From Gemmatimonadaceae bacterium (GTDB taxonomy: Bacteria; Gemmatimonadota; Gemmatimonadetes; Gemmatimonadales; Gemmatimonadaceae), in NCBI GenBank assembly GCA_045803545.1, contig JBJMOW010000005.1:1088001-1152000 (forward strand): 64,000 bases of DNA. Reading direction: 5' to 3'. Below the pieces are notes generated by a model that saw only the letters and a program-made list of their open reading frames with translations, did no database searches and was not told the origin of the DNA. The position numbers and the translations under genes were made by a program. Below, piece by piece: positions 36,885-47,154 of this stretch. The stretch's first letter is position 1, and each line of letters opens with the position of its first letter.

Positions 36885-37805
36885 CTATTTCCGAAGCGTG
36901 TCCGGCGTACTCGAAGCCGCCGGAGTACTCGACGCTGCTGGCGGCGTACTCGAAGCCGCAGGGGGTACGACAGCCGGCACCGGCGCAGCTGCTCCCGCGG
37001 CCGGCCGAATGTGGAATGCGACGGTGGTCTGCTGGCCCGCATTTACCGTCACGCTGTCATCGACGAAGCCGAGGCTCGGGTGCCACGAGCGGACGCGATA
37101 CTTGCCCGCCGGAATGCCGTCGATCGTAAACGTACCGGCCTTCGAGGTCTGCGCATAATACGGGTGGTCGAGCACCGCAATCCAGGCGTGCGTCCACGGG
37201 TGTTGCTCGCAAACAACCTCGACCTCCATCGGCTCTTTAAGCCGATCGATCGGAACCACTTCCCCATCGTCGTTGAACGGCGCGACCGCGGCGATCTCGC
37301 CGGTGCCGACGTTGATCAACTTGTTGGTGTGTAGCGCGCGATCGTCGTTGCTGACGTTGAGGGTGCTCGTTGTCGAGATCACCTGTACAAATGGATCGAG
37401 CACACATCCGTCGTTAGTCAGGTCGAACCTTCTCTCCAGCGGGAAGCCTTTACCGCTGCGGATATCCGTGAGCCAGACGATCGCGCCGACGACTTTCGTG
37501 CCCAACATCGTCAGGTTGTTGGCGGTAATGCTATTGCCGCACACATTGGCATCGCTGGTCGGCCGAATCACCTGCGGCGCCGGCGGAGCTCCGTCGAAGT
37601 CGACTGTTCCGGTGATCGCTCCTCCGGCAGAGACAGAAACGACCTTGTATGGCTGTGACACGGACGCGACAACCGACGGCCGTGGCGCAACACCGTCGCC
37701 GCCACCCGACGCGTTTTTGCGAGGATGAGCCGACGCTGTGTCGTCGCGCGAACAGGAAACCGTCGCGGCGAGAATTATCGAGAAGCCGAAAAATCGGCGG
37801 AGCAT
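36885..37805 (-). CDS. Lipoprotein with carboxypeptidase-regulatory-like and cupredoxin-like segments
   Basis: Lipobox TVSC; GCVLDP, NDDRALHT, VCEQHPW, DHPYYA..GTFTIDGIPAGKY..WHP; C-terminal PAASSTP repeats. Confidence 0.75.
   Translation of the reverse strand: MLRRFFGFSIILAATVSCSRDDTASAHPRKNASGGGDGVAPRPSVVASVSQPYKVVSVSAGGAITGTVDFDGAPPAPQVIRPTSDANVCGNSITANNLTMLGTKVVGAIVWLTDIRSGKGFPLERRFDLTNDGCVLDPFVQVISTTSTLNVSNDDRALHTNKLINVGTGEIAAVAPFNDDGEVVPIDRLKEPMEVEVVCEQHPWTHAWIAVLDHPYYAQTSKAGTFTIDGIPAGKYRVRSWHPSLGFVDDSVTVNAGQQTTVAFHIRPAAGAAAPVPAVVPPAASSTPPAASSTPAASSTPDTLRK
36900..36965 (-). repeat. Intragenic tandem repeat encoding (P)PAASST x3
   Basis: GTACTCGA units recur at 18-21 bp spacing. Confidence 0.7.
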
Positions 37806-37859
37806 TTTTATCGTACCGAGGTTATTTCGCGACATCAAAGGGCAAGCGATGTGCCGAGG

Positions 37860-39536
37860 TTATTTCGCCTGATAAACCGGCTTCCCTCCTATCCAGGTGG
37901 AAATTACTCGGGCACCGAGGATTTCCGTGTCCGGCACCTTCATGATGTCGCGATCCAGCACCACGAAGTCGGCGTACTTCCCGGGCGTGAGGGAGCCGAG
38001 GATTTTCTCCTGAAAACCGGCGTAGGCCGGCCAAATCGTCATGGACTGAAGAGCTTCTTCGCGAGTCATCTTCTGGTCCGGATACCAACCGCCCGCCGGC
38101 CAGTTCGTCGGATCCTGTCGTGTGATAGCCGCATGAAAGGTGAGCAACGGGTTGACCTCTTCGACCGGGAAATCTGTCCCGTTCGGAATTATCACGCCGG
38201 TGTTCAACAACGATCTCCACGCGTAGGCGCCGCGAATTCTCTGGGGCCCTACTCTCGCCTCGGCCCAGCGCATGTCGCTCGTTTGATGGGTCGCCTGCAT
38301 TGACGGGATGACGCCGAGCTGAGCGAAGCGCGGAATGTCCTGAGGGCTCACCACCTGCGCGTGTTCGATGCGGAACCGATGATCGGCCTTGGGATATTTG
38401 TGAAGCGCAGTCTCGAATGCATCGAGCACGATGCGATTGCCGCGATCGCCGATGGCGTGGACGTTTACCTGAAATCCACGCTGCAAGGCGACCTCCGCCC
38501 ACGCTTCGATGTGCTCAGGACGTGAGACGAGCAATCCGGAATTCGTCGGCTCGTCGCTGTACGGAGCGAGTAGCGCTGCGCCACGGGAGCCCAGCGCGCC
38601 GTCGGCGTAGAGTTTAAGAGCGCGGACCCAGAGATGAGCATCGTACAACGCCGTTTGCGGTCCGCGCTCGATATACGGATTCCGGAGTGCGGCGGCAGAG
38701 TTCGGCTCGCCGGGATCGCTGATCATCACGTAGTTGCGCAGCGAGTAATTGCCTGCCTTAGCCAGCTCCTCGTAAATCGAGATCGTTTGCGCGTTTTCGC
38801 CGGGATCGTGAATTCCAGTCAGACCCCAGCGATTTGCTTCAGCGATCGCCGCGAGAATCGCAGATCTGGTCTGGGCGCGCGTCGCGGCCGGAATTGCACG
38901 GTCGATCAGGTCCTGCGCGTTGTCCACGAAGACACCCGAAGGCTGCCCCGAAGCATCGCGAATTATGCGGCCACCCGCCGGATCGTGAGTCGCCGACGTA
39001 ACTCCCGCCAGCTGCATCGCTTTCGCATTGGCGAGCAACGCATGGCCATCGATGCGACCGAGCACAACGGGATTGTCGGGAAAAGCGCGCGAGAGCGCAT
39101 CCTGTGTTGGAAACTCCTTGGCTGCCCAGCGATTCTGATCCCAGCCACGTCCCTGAATCCACTGGCCAGGCTTGACGTCTTTCACGAAGGATTTCACGCG
39201 CGAAATCACTTCGTCGTATGATGTCGATCCGGCGAGATTGACGCGCTGCAGCATTGTCCCAAGGCCGAGCAGGTGTGCGTGCGCATCCGTAAAGCCGGGA
39301 TAGACCGCAGACCCGTGCAGATCGACGACTCGTGTCGACGGCCTGACGAGCGCTCGCGCCTCGGCGTCCGACCCGACAAACGTCACCTTGCCGTCGCGGA
39401 CCGCCATCGCCGTTACGACAGGTCGTGCATTATCGACGGTATAGATACGACCATTTGTGAGAACGAGATCTGCCTGCGCATGAAGCGCAACTGGTGCGAT
39501 TGCGCAGAGTGCGAGGTAGGTTGAGAGACGTTTCAT
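37860..39536 (-). CDS. Secreted amidohydrolase (amidohydrolase 3 / YtcJ-like)
   Basis: PGFTDAHAH, KLYADGALGSRGA, HAIGDRG, RIEHAQ, GTDFPVE; signal LHA-Q. Confidence 0.92.
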   Translation of the reverse strand: MKRLSTYLALCAIAPVALHAQADLVLTNGRIYTVDNARPVVTAMAVRDGKVTFVGSDAEARALVRPSTRVVDLHGSAVYPGFTDAHAHLLGLGTMLQRVNLAGSTSYDEVISRVKSFVKDVKPGQWIQGRGWDQNRWAAKEFPTQDALSRAFPDNPVVLGRIDGHALLANAKAMQLAGVTSATHDPAGGRIIRDASGQPSGVFVDNAQDLIDRAIPAATRAQTRSAILAAIAEANRWGLTGIHDPGENAQTISIYEELAKAGNYSLRNYVMISDPGEPNSAAALRNPYIERGPQTALYDAHLWVRALKLYADGALGSRGAALLAPYSDEPTNSGLLVSRPEHIEAWAEVALQRGFQVNVHAIGDRGNRIVLDAFETALHKYPKADHRFRIEHAQVVSPQDIPRFAQLGVIPSMQATHQTSDMRWAEARVGPQRIRGAYAWRSLLNTGVIIPNGTDFPVEEVNPLLTFHAAITRQDPTNWPAGGWYPDQKMTREEALQSMTIWPAYAGFQEKILGSLTPGKYADFVVLDRDIMKVPDTEILGARVISTWIGGKPVYQAK

Positions 39537-39573
39537 GAACGCGGAGTTTAAGAGCCTGCGCACACCTGTCCAG

Positions 39574-40581
39574 ATGCTCGCGATCACCGGAAAGCAATTC
39601 AGACTGCTCTCGATCATTCTAATCGGAGCGTGCGCGCAGTTGCCGCCGCAGCCGCGCATCCAGCCTGACTATTGGGGATTCACCGGACCATGGGATCCGC
39701 GCAGCGATCAGTCAGTAGACGCGCATGGCTCATCGCTGGCGAGGGTGATAACAGGCTGGATCGCGCTCGATACCACAAGCTTCCGGCCGGTCATGCTGTA
39801 CCCGGACACCGTCGGGATGACCGGGGCGATCGGCGCACGCAAGACAGCGCTAATCACGACGTACTTCGGAAGCCGCTTCCACCCGGAAATCGTTCGCGGG
39901 CTCGGCGACAATCCACAGGTTGCGGCGCTCACCGCCGGGAATATCGCGACGCTCGTTGACTCCGGTGATTATCGCGGGGTGGTGATCGATTTCGAAGGCA
40001 TGACGCCGCGCGATCTACATCAGTTGGTAACCGTAACCAAAGCGATCGCTGACTCCGTTCGAGCGCGTGGCGTGTTGACGGTGATAGCCGTGCCGAGCGG
40101 TGACACCGCCGCCTATCCGGCAGCGCTGTTGCTGCAGTCGGCGGATTACCTGATGCCGATTCTCTATGATCAGCATTGGAGCGCATCACCCCCCGGGCCA
40201 ATCGCGGCGCCTGATTGGGTCGCGCGCAATCTTGGAGTGCGAGTCGCCGAAGTTGGCGCGGCGAGAATCGTGGCCGCGCTCCCGGTTTACGGCTATCGCT
40301 GGCGCAAAGCGGCGGAGACCGAAGTCATCAGCTACGCCGACGCCAGACGATTGACGACGATGACAAATATTCCTCTCACCCGTGACCACGCCTCGGGTAC
40401 GCTGCACGCACTCTCGCCGGAAGGCTGGGAGATCTGGGTAACCGATCGAGCGCTGCTCGCGACGCTGGTGCGCGAAGCGCGACAGCTTGGCGTAACAACT
40501 TTTGCTTTGTGGCGACTTGGTCTCGAAGATCCCGCAGTTTGGGACCTGATCGGAGGTCAGACTACTATCAGCTCTTTCTGA
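39574..40581 (+). CDS. Glycoside hydrolase family 18-like lipoprotein
   Basis: GVVIDFEG, YDQHW..PGPIA, LPVYGYRW, ALWRLGLEDP; IGAC lipobox. Confidence 0.8.
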   Translation: MLAITGKQFRLLSIILIGACAQLPPQPRIQPDYWGFTGPWDPRSDQSVDAHGSSLARVITGWIALDTTSFRPVMLYPDTVGMTGAIGARKTALITTYFGSRFHPEIVRGLGDNPQVAALTAGNIATLVDSGDYRGVVIDFEGMTPRDLHQLVTVTKAIADSVRARGVLTVIAVPSGDTAAYPAALLLQSADYLMPILYDQHWSASPPGPIAAPDWVARNLGVRVAEVGAARIVAALPVYGYRWRKAAETEVISYADARRLTTMTNIPLTRDHASGTLHALSPEGWEIWVTDRALLATLVREARQLGVTTFALWRLGLEDPAVWDLIGGQTTISSF

Positions 40582-41735
40582 TAGTCGGCGGGAGTGATCA
40601 GCACACCTTCGGTGCCGATGTAGGCGTTCACCTCGCTGCGCATTCCGACATCGTCCTGAAGGTAGACTCCCGGCTCGATCGAAAAACCGATGCCGGGAAT
40701 CAGGGTCCGGTCTTCTCGCGTCTCGAGGTTGTCGATGTGTGGGCCGGAGCCGTGAAGATCGCGCGGATCGATGGAGTGCCCGGTGCGATGAACGAAGAAC
40801 TCACCAAACCCCCGCTTGACGATAACGGCCCGCGCGGTGTCGTCGACTTCGCCGCCACTTACAGGCTTGTGCGTGGAGATTCTTTTTTCGAGGAGTGAGA
40901 TCGCTGCATCGCGCGCGTCACGTACTGCGAGCCAAACCGCCATGTCGCGGTCCGTCGGCTCGCCGAGTGATCCCATCCAGGTCTGATCGGCGAAGACACC
41001 GTCTTTCTCCTTCGCCCAGAGGTCAATCAGAAGCACGTCACCACGCTTGATCGTCGCCGACTGCTCGGCGGTCGGCTCATAGTGCGGATTCGCCGCGTTC
41101 GGCCCAATCGCGACGATCGGCCCGTGATCGGTTTCGAGTCCGCCGGCGGCGAATTTCTCTCTGATCCACGATGCCAACGCATATTCGGAAAGCGGCGATG
41201 CACTATCGGCGCGACTACCCGCGAGTCTGATCGCCTCCTGCCCAATCGTCGACACCGCGCGAGCTGCGCGCTCGTGCGACGAGCGCTGTTCGTCGCTCCA
41301 CACCGCGTAGAATCGGGAAACCAGATCGGCGGAGGTCATGACTGTCGCGCCTGCGTTCCGCACGAGCTCGATCACACCCGCTGGCACACGATCGAGATAA
41401 GGCACCGCGTCGCCGGGCGAATACTCCATCGCGACTTTCTTTCCCTGCACCAGCTCGCGAACCTTCGCCTCTAGCTCGCGCCAGCTACTGTAGCGCTCTT
41501 TCCCCCACGTCGATGGCCACGTTTTCCAGGGGCCCTGCTCGATATTGTGGGTGATTGCGGTCGGAGCGCCCTTGGCGGGCACATAGACGAAGAAGCGGCG
41601 GGTGGTCATCCCCTGCAGCTGCAGCATTCCGACCGCAATTGGATTGAGGCCATGGAAATCGTAAATCAGCCAGCCGTCTGCGCCGGCGTCACGAATGGCG
41701 GATTGAATCGCTGCGAGCGAAGTGCTGTCCAGCAA
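40557..41735 (-). CDS. M24-family (Xaa-Pro) aminopeptidase
   Basis: PHYEP, LIDLW, ADQT, HRTGHSI, FSIEPGVY, RSEVN. Confidence 0.92.
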   Translation of the reverse strand: MLDSTSLAAIQSAIRDAGADGWLIYDFHGLNPIAVGMLQLQGMTTRRFFVYVPAKGAPTAITHNIEQGPWKTWPSTWGKERYSSWRELEAKVRELVQGKKVAMEYSPGDAVPYLDRVPAGVIELVRNAGATVMTSADLVSRFYAVWSDEQRSSHERAARAVSTIGQEAIRLAGSRADSASPLSEYALASWIREKFAAGGLETDHGPIVAIGPNAANPHYEPTAEQSATIKRGDVLLIDLWAKEKDGVFADQTWMGSLGEPTDRDMAVWLAVRDARDAAISLLEKRISTHKPVSGGEVDDTARAVIVKRGFGEFFVHRTGHSIDPRDLHGSGPHIDNLETREDRTLIPGIGFSIEPGVYLQDDVGMRSEVNAYIGTEGVLITPADYQKELIVV

Positions 41736-41745
41736 ACTGTCTCCT

Positions 41746-42378
41746 TTACTGCGATGCCTTCACCGCGCGCCATTCCGCGCGCCACTCACAGATGTCTTCA
41801 CCGCGCTCGCGGCAATGCACGTGATCGATCATGCCGCCGGCATTTACGAGGCGCTTTAGCAGCTGGCGCAGCGCGGATTCATAGTAGAGACAGCCGATCC
41901 CTTTGGGCGCAGTGCCGAAGGTGACGGACTCGGAGAGGCTCAGCACGATCGAAGCGCCAACTCGCCTCACCTTGGCGCCCAGATATCGCTCGCCCGCCCG
42001 CCGCACCTGGCGAAAGGCCAGCGGGCGCGCCAGAAATCCCGGCAGCAGATGGATGATTTGTCGTGTCGACGCAGAAATCATCTCGTACATGCGGTCGGCG
42101 ACGATGTTGCCGGCTCGCGTAAAGATGCTCTCCGCATCCGGCCGGCGGCCGATGAGGCGCGAGATGCCAGCGGCCTCGTGAATGGGGATCTGCTGATTGC
42201 GTTTCAGCGCATCCTTGTAACGACGGATTTGCGCGATAACCGTGTCACTAAGACCCAGCCGCTTGTTGCGATGCTCCTGCACGTACTCCACCTCGTCGTC
42301 TCCTCCTTCCGGAATATCGACCGAGCGGACTGACTCGAGGAGACTGAGCGGGACTATGGCGTTTACGGTGCCGGGCAT
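41746..42378 (-). CDS. Hypothetical protein with V4R-like C-terminus
   Basis: GCLYYESAL...DHVHCRERGEDICEWRAEW. Confidence 0.65.
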   Translation of the reverse strand: MPGTVNAIVPLSLLESVRSVDIPEGGDDEVEYVQEHRNKRLGLSDTVIAQIRRYKDALKRNQQIPIHEAAGISRLIGRRPDAESIFTRAGNIVADRMYEMISASTRQIIHLLPGFLARPLAFRQVRRAGERYLGAKVRRVGASIVLSLSESVTFGTAPKGIGCLYYESALRQLLKRLVNAGGMIDHVHCRERGEDICEWRAEWRAVKASQ

Positions 42379-42488
42379 TTAGTTGGTAAGCGGAGAGCGC
42401 AAGCTAACCGTCGCTCGAATCCCCTTCAAGCAGCAGGCACCTATACCACAGCGTCAAAGCGAAGGAGGGATTGCACCTGTCTGACTTG

Positions 42489-43256
42489 ATGATTCGCGCG
42501 GTCGTCGGCGTGGTCGTATCGCTTCTTGTGTGTCTCGGGGGGCGTCGTGCGCACGCCCTCACCACCAGTGGCTCAGTCGCCGGCGTGGTCCTCGGCACTG
42601 TCGCCATTACCGCCGGATGGAGCTGGGGATTTCTGCTCCTGTCATTGTTCGCGTCAGTCACTCTGCTGTCCCGTGTCCGCGCGGCGGAAAAGGCAAAACG
42701 AGTCGGTGTGATCCTTGAGAAAGGCGCTGAGCGAGATGCCGCACAGATCATTGCCAATGGCGCCGTCTTTACCGCCGCGGCGCTCGCCAGCCTGATCGCT
42801 CCGGCAACCGGGTGGTACGCGATCGGCGCCGGTGCCCTCGCTTTCTCGGCCGCAGACACCTGGGCGACAGAGATCGGTATCCTTTCACCGGGCGATCCTT
42901 ATTCCATCATTGGCGGCCGGGTACCGGTTGGAACTTCCGGGGGAATCTCCCTGATTGGGACACTGGGCGCGATCGGCGGCGCCCTGTTCGTCGCGATGGA
43001 AGCAATGTTCGCCGCCTGGCCGGTTTCTTTCGCCGGGGTCGTACTGGGCGGAGTAATTGCCGCGTTGGCAGACTCCTTCATTGGCGCAACGCTTCAGGAA
43101 CGGCGCTGGTGCGATCGTTGTATGACTTCTACTGAACGCACCATTCACGATTGTGGAACTAAGACGAGAATCAATGGCGGTATTCGCGGGCTCGACAACG
43201 ACACGGTTAACGCCGCCTGCTCGGCGATCGGCGCTCTGATAGCTTTAGTCGTATAG
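42489..43256 (+). CDS. DUF92 (TMEM19-like) membrane protein
   Basis: RDAAQIIANG, ADTWATEIG, GTSGGISLIG, DSFIGATLQ, NDTVN. Confidence 0.9.
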   Translation: MIRAVVGVVVSLLVCLGGRRAHALTTSGSVAGVVLGTVAITAGWSWGFLLLSLFASVTLLSRVRAAEKAKRVGVILEKGAERDAAQIIANGAVFTAAALASLIAPATGWYAIGAGALAFSAADTWATEIGILSPGDPYSIIGGRVPVGTSGGISLIGTLGAIGGALFVAMEAMFAAWPVSFAGVVLGGVIAALADSFIGATLQERRWCDRCMTSTERTIHDCGTKTRINGGIRGLDNDTVNAACSAIGALIALVV

Positions 43257-43263
43257 TGAGGAC

Positions 43264-44730
43264 ATGCAGACGATGATGGCCGCCGCTTCGATTTCGGCGA
43301 GGAACGGCGCGCGGGTGTTGCTGGTCAGCACCAATCGCGAGCGGCAACCTTATCCAGTGGTGCCGAACGGTCTCGCTTGCGTCGCGTCCGCCCTCGACGC
43401 GGCAGGACACGATGTCTCGTTTCTGGATCTTTGCTTCGCCAAAGATCCGCTATCCGTCGCGCGCGAGACGGCACGCAGGTTCAAGCCCAATGTCATCGGC
43501 GTCTCGGTCCGCAACATCGACAACAGCGATGCCATCGCGCTTCGACACTACACGCCTGAGGCACGCGACATTCTGCGCGAGCTGCGAACAGCGTCGCCGA
43601 GCGCAAAGATCATCGCCGGTGGCGCGGCTTTTGGCGTTGCTCCGGAAGCACTCTTCCGTGAGCTGGGCGTCGACTACGCGGTCGCCGGAGACGGTGAGCG
43701 GGCTAGCGTAGCAATCATCGATGCGCTCGCCACGGGGACCACGCCGGAATCAATCGCCGGGCTCGTTCGCTCCCGAGACGGCAGAGTCGTGTTCACCCCG
43801 CCCGGCGAAGATGCCGATCTGGATTCATTGCCGAGTCCACAGCTTCATCGCTGGATCGACCTTGCGCGGTACCAGCGTCACGGCGCGACGATTCCAATTC
43901 AGACTAAGCGCGGCTGTGTTTACAAATGCATCTATTGCACGTACCGCAACGTCGAAGGCTGGGGTTACCGGACGCGCGATCCCGAGCTGGTGGCCGACGA
44001 GATCGCCGAGCTGAAGCTCATAGCGAAAGTGAATCACTTCGATTTCGTCGATTCGACCTTCAACTCACCACCCGGGCACGCGATTCAGGTGTGTGAAGCG
44101 ATCATCCGGCGGAAAATCGGAGCACACCTCGACACTACCAACTTCACTCCTGCCACGGCTTCGACCGAGCTGTTGAGCGCGATGAAGGCCGCGGGTTTCC
44201 GCACATTGGGGATCACTGCAGAAAGCGCCAGCGACCCGGTGCTTGAGCGCCTCGAGAAGGGGTTTACGGCTGCCAAAGCGCGGGAGGTCGCCGTGCGGGT
44301 GGAGAAGCACGGGATCCGGGCCTTATGGATATTCCTCGTCGGCGGGCCAGGCGAGACAAAGCAAACACTCGAAGAAACCCTCGAATTTGCTGCCTGGCGG
44401 CTTCGTCGCGGCGACGCAGTTTATCTCACCGTCGGGTTACGGATCTATCCCGGAACTACGCTCCACCGCATCGCGATAACGGAAGGCGTCGTACCGGCAG
44501 ACAGTACCCTGCTCGATCCAGCTTTTTATTTTTCCAGTCAGCTTGACTTCGACCGAACGGTGGCACGACTCAAACTTTTCGCGGCAGACCATCCGCGCTT
44601 TATGTTTTCCGCCGACTCCAGATCGGTTGTTCTACCCTACCTCACTCGCGCGGCGTCCGTGTTGCATTTACCCCGGCCTCACTGGCAATACATGGGTCTC
44701 TTTCAGCGGGTAGCCCGCGCGATCGGATAG
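43264..44730 (+). CDS. Cobalamin-dependent radical SAM enzyme
   Basis: N-terminal B12-binding-like domain (PYPVVPNGL, IGVSVRNIDN); QTKRGCVYKCIYC; FVDSTFN; GGPGET. Confidence 0.9.
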   Translation: MQTMMAAASISARNGARVLLVSTNRERQPYPVVPNGLACVASALDAAGHDVSFLDLCFAKDPLSVARETARRFKPNVIGVSVRNIDNSDAIALRHYTPEARDILRELRTASPSAKIIAGGAAFGVAPEALFRELGVDYAVAGDGERASVAIIDALATGTTPESIAGLVRSRDGRVVFTPPGEDADLDSLPSPQLHRWIDLARYQRHGATIPIQTKRGCVYKCIYCTYRNVEGWGYRTRDPELVADEIAELKLIAKVNHFDFVDSTFNSPPGHAIQVCEAIIRRKIGAHLDTTNFTPATASTELLSAMKAAGFRTLGITAESASDPVLERLEKGFTAAKAREVAVRVEKHGIRALWIFLVGGPGETKQTLEETLEFAAWRLRRGDAVYLTVGLRIYPGTTLHRIAITEGVVPADSTLLDPAFYFSSQLDFDRTVARLKLFAADHPRFMFSADSRSVVLPYLTRAASVLHLPRPHWQYMGLFQRVARAIG

Positions 44731-44731
44731 A

Positions 44732-45979
44732 GTGGCCGAAAATCTGGACGCTGAAGTGATCGTCGTTGGTGGCGGGCCAGCGGGCGCCGCCACAGCGTGG
44801 GCGCTGGCACGAGACGGCATCGACGTGCTCGTTCTCGATCGCGCACGTTTTCCGCGCGACAAGATCTGCGCGGAGTATCTGAGTCCCGAAGCATCCCGGA
44901 TTCTGGCGGACATGGGCGTGCTCGACGAGATCGAGCGGGCGAATCCCGCCCACCTCGCTGGAATGCGGGTGCGCGCACCCAACGGGCTCATCGCCGATGG
45001 CGAGTTCGCCTCCAATCACGGCTTCCGGGGCTTCCGCGATCGCGGGCTTGCCATGCGTCGCACCATACTTGACGAGATCGTGCTGCGCGGCGCGCGTGGC
45101 GTCGGCGCGCGGGTGCTCGAAGAGACTCACGTCACCGACGTCCATCGCAACGAATCGCGGCGTGTCGACGGGGTGATGGTTCGCGACGCCGATGGCAGGC
45201 AGCGAGCCCTCCGCTCGCGATACGTCGTGGGCGCCGACGGTTTGCGGTCAGTGATCGGGCGCAGACTGGGCCTGACGAAAACGAGTCGGATCTGGCCGCG
45301 ACGCATTGCACTGGTTGCCCATTATCACAACGTGCAAGGCGTTGGAGAGATGGGCGAGATGCACGTCGACTACGACGGCTACTTTGGCGTCGTAGATGTC
45401 GGTGGCCTGATGAACGTTGCTGTCGTCGTCCCGCTGTCGCGCGCCAGTAAGATTGCGGATAAAACGGAATTCTTCGAGCAGTGGATCGCCGCGCGTCCAC
45501 ACCTCGCCGAGCGATTCCGGAACGCGGAGCGAATCACGCCGGTGCGCGCGACAGGGCCGTTCGCATCTTCGACAAGACGAGCCTGGGCCCCAGGCGCTGC
45601 GCTTGTCGGCGATGCTGCCGATTTTTTCGACCCATTTACCGGTGAAGGAATTTTCGCCGCCTTGCGTGGAGGCGAGATAGTCGCTCCTTACATTGCCGAA
45701 GCTCTTTTTTATCAATCAGATTCCGACGAATCGCGCATCCTCGCCGGGTACGATCGCGCTCGCAAGCGGCAGTTCGGCGGGAAATGGAAGCTCGAGCGCA
45801 TCGTTGGAACGGCGATCAAGTATCCCTGGCTACTCAACAATGCGGCGAAGGTTTTGTCGCGGCGCAAAGATCTGGCGGACCTGCTGGTCGGAGTCGCCGG
45901 TGACTTCATCCCGCCGCGGCTGGTTCTGAGTCCGCGCTTCCTGTTCACGCTGTTCATCTCGCCGGCGTTCAGAAATTGA
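44732..45979 (+). CDS. FAD-dependent oxidoreductase (geranylgeranyl-reductase-like)
   Basis: VGGGPAG, FPRDKIC, VGADG, GDAADFFDPFTGEGI. Confidence 0.88.
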   Translation: MAENLDAEVIVVGGGPAGAATAWALARDGIDVLVLDRARFPRDKICAEYLSPEASRILADMGVLDEIERANPAHLAGMRVRAPNGLIADGEFASNHGFRGFRDRGLAMRRTILDEIVLRGARGVGARVLEETHVTDVHRNESRRVDGVMVRDADGRQRALRSRYVVGADGLRSVIGRRLGLTKTSRIWPRRIALVAHYHNVQGVGEMGEMHVDYDGYFGVVDVGGLMNVAVVVPLSRASKIADKTEFFEQWIAARPHLAERFRNAERITPVRATGPFASSTRRAWAPGAALVGDAADFFDPFTGEGIFAALRGGEIVAPYIAEALFYQSDSDESRILAGYDRARKRQFGGKWKLERIVGTAIKYPWLLNNAAKVLSRRKDLADLLVGVAGDFIPPRLVLSPRFLFTLFISPAFRN

Positions 45980-46452
45980 GCGTCAGCGAAGACGAATTCC
46001 GAGCTGTACTGGGACGCTTTCCCTCAGGCGTGACGGTAGTGACGACAACCGACTCCGCGGGCGACGATCAGGGGATGACCGTGAGTGCCTTCTGTTCCGT
46101 AAGCCTTCAGCCCGCGCTCATTCTCATTTCGATCGAGAAAACGGCGTCGGCCCACGATGCGCTCACGAAATCGCCTGGATTCGTCGTCAACATCCTGTCG
46201 GCTCGCCAGGAGCAGGTTGGGCGACGCTTTTCCATCGTCGACATCGACCGATTCGAAGGCGTTGGGTTCACACGCTCCGCTCGGGGCTACGCTGTCCTAG
46301 ACGACGTGCTCGGGGTGATCGAGTGCAGCCGGCACAAGCTCTTTGACGGTGGCGATCACACCATTATTCTCGGTGAAGTCGAAGCGATGCGCGCGGAGAG
46401 CGGCACGCCGCTGCTTTACTACAGAGGCGGCTACGCGCAGCTCGAGCACTGA
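45976..46452 (+). CDS. Flavin reductase-like protein
   Basis: FRAVLGRFPSGVTVVT, SVSLQP, GGDHTIILG, PLLYYRG. Confidence 0.93.
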   Translation: MSVSEDEFRAVLGRFPSGVTVVTTTDSAGDDQGMTVSAFCSVSLQPALILISIEKTASAHDALTKSPGFVVNILSARQEQVGRRFSIVDIDRFEGVGFTRSARGYAVLDDVLGVIECSRHKLFDGGDHTIILGEVEAMRAESGTPLLYYRGGYAQLEH

Positions 46453-46455
46453 CGG

Positions 46456-47154
46456 ATGTCGAGCCTGCTGACGCCCCCGCGGCGCCGCGGATCCGAGATT
46501 CTCGATTCCCCGGAGGTCGCCCCGGAAATCGTGACGCGGTCACTCGCTGACGTTTCGAAGGCAAACTCGCTCTTCGGAGGCACGAGCTCGGCGGTCGACG
46601 AGCTTCGGCAGTTTATGAAGGATCTGCCTCGCAACGCGACCTTGCTGGACGTCGGCACCGGACTGGGCGACATCCCCGCGCGCGTGCGCGCCGAGGCGGC
46701 GAAACAGCAAATAGTGCTGACAACGATCGGACTTGATTCCGCGCCCGTGCTGGCCAAAGCATGCAGAAAAGCGCTCGAGTGGTCGGTTTGCGGCAATGCT
46801 TTGAAGCTGCCATTCGCCGATAGCAGCATCGACGTCGTGATGTGCTCGCAGGTGCTGCATCACTTTGCCGAAGACGATGCGCTGACCCTTTTGCGCGAAA
46901 TGAATCGTGTCGCGCGACATCGCGTCATCGTGACTGATCTCAAGCGTAGCTGGATTTCCGCCGCTGGCATCTGGCTGGTCTCTTTTCCCCTCGGATTTCA
47001 TGCTGTTAGCCGTCACGATGGAGTCGTTTCGGTGATGCGGGGTTTTACTACGAGTGAGCTGGCCGATACTGTGCAGGCAGCGGTGCTGCGACGGCCGGTG
47101 GTTCACCGGCGCCGTGGCTTCCGCGTCACGACCAGCTGGGCACCGGTTCATTAG
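46456..47154 (+). CDS. SAM-dependent methyltransferase
   Basis: EILD..NSLFGG, LDVGTGLGD, LHHF, DLKRS, HDGVVSVMRGF. Confidence 0.88.
   Translation: MSSLLTPPRRRGSEILDSPEVAPEIVTRSLADVSKANSLFGGTSSAVDELRQFMKDLPRNATLLDVGTGLGDIPARVRAEAAKQQIVLTTIGLDSAPVLAKACRKALEWSVCGNALKLPFADSSIDVVMCSQVLHHFAEDDALTLLREMNRVARHRVIVTDLKRSWISAAGIWLVSFPLGFHAVSRHDGVVSVMRGFTTSELADTVQAAVLRRPVVHRRRGFRVTTSWAPVH

Noticed and set aside
44732..45979. Flavin-dependent halogenase (because of the adjacent flavin reductase)
   Set aside because: No WxWxIP motif is visible; FPRDKIC and DPFTGEG fit GGR-like reductases or monooxygenases better
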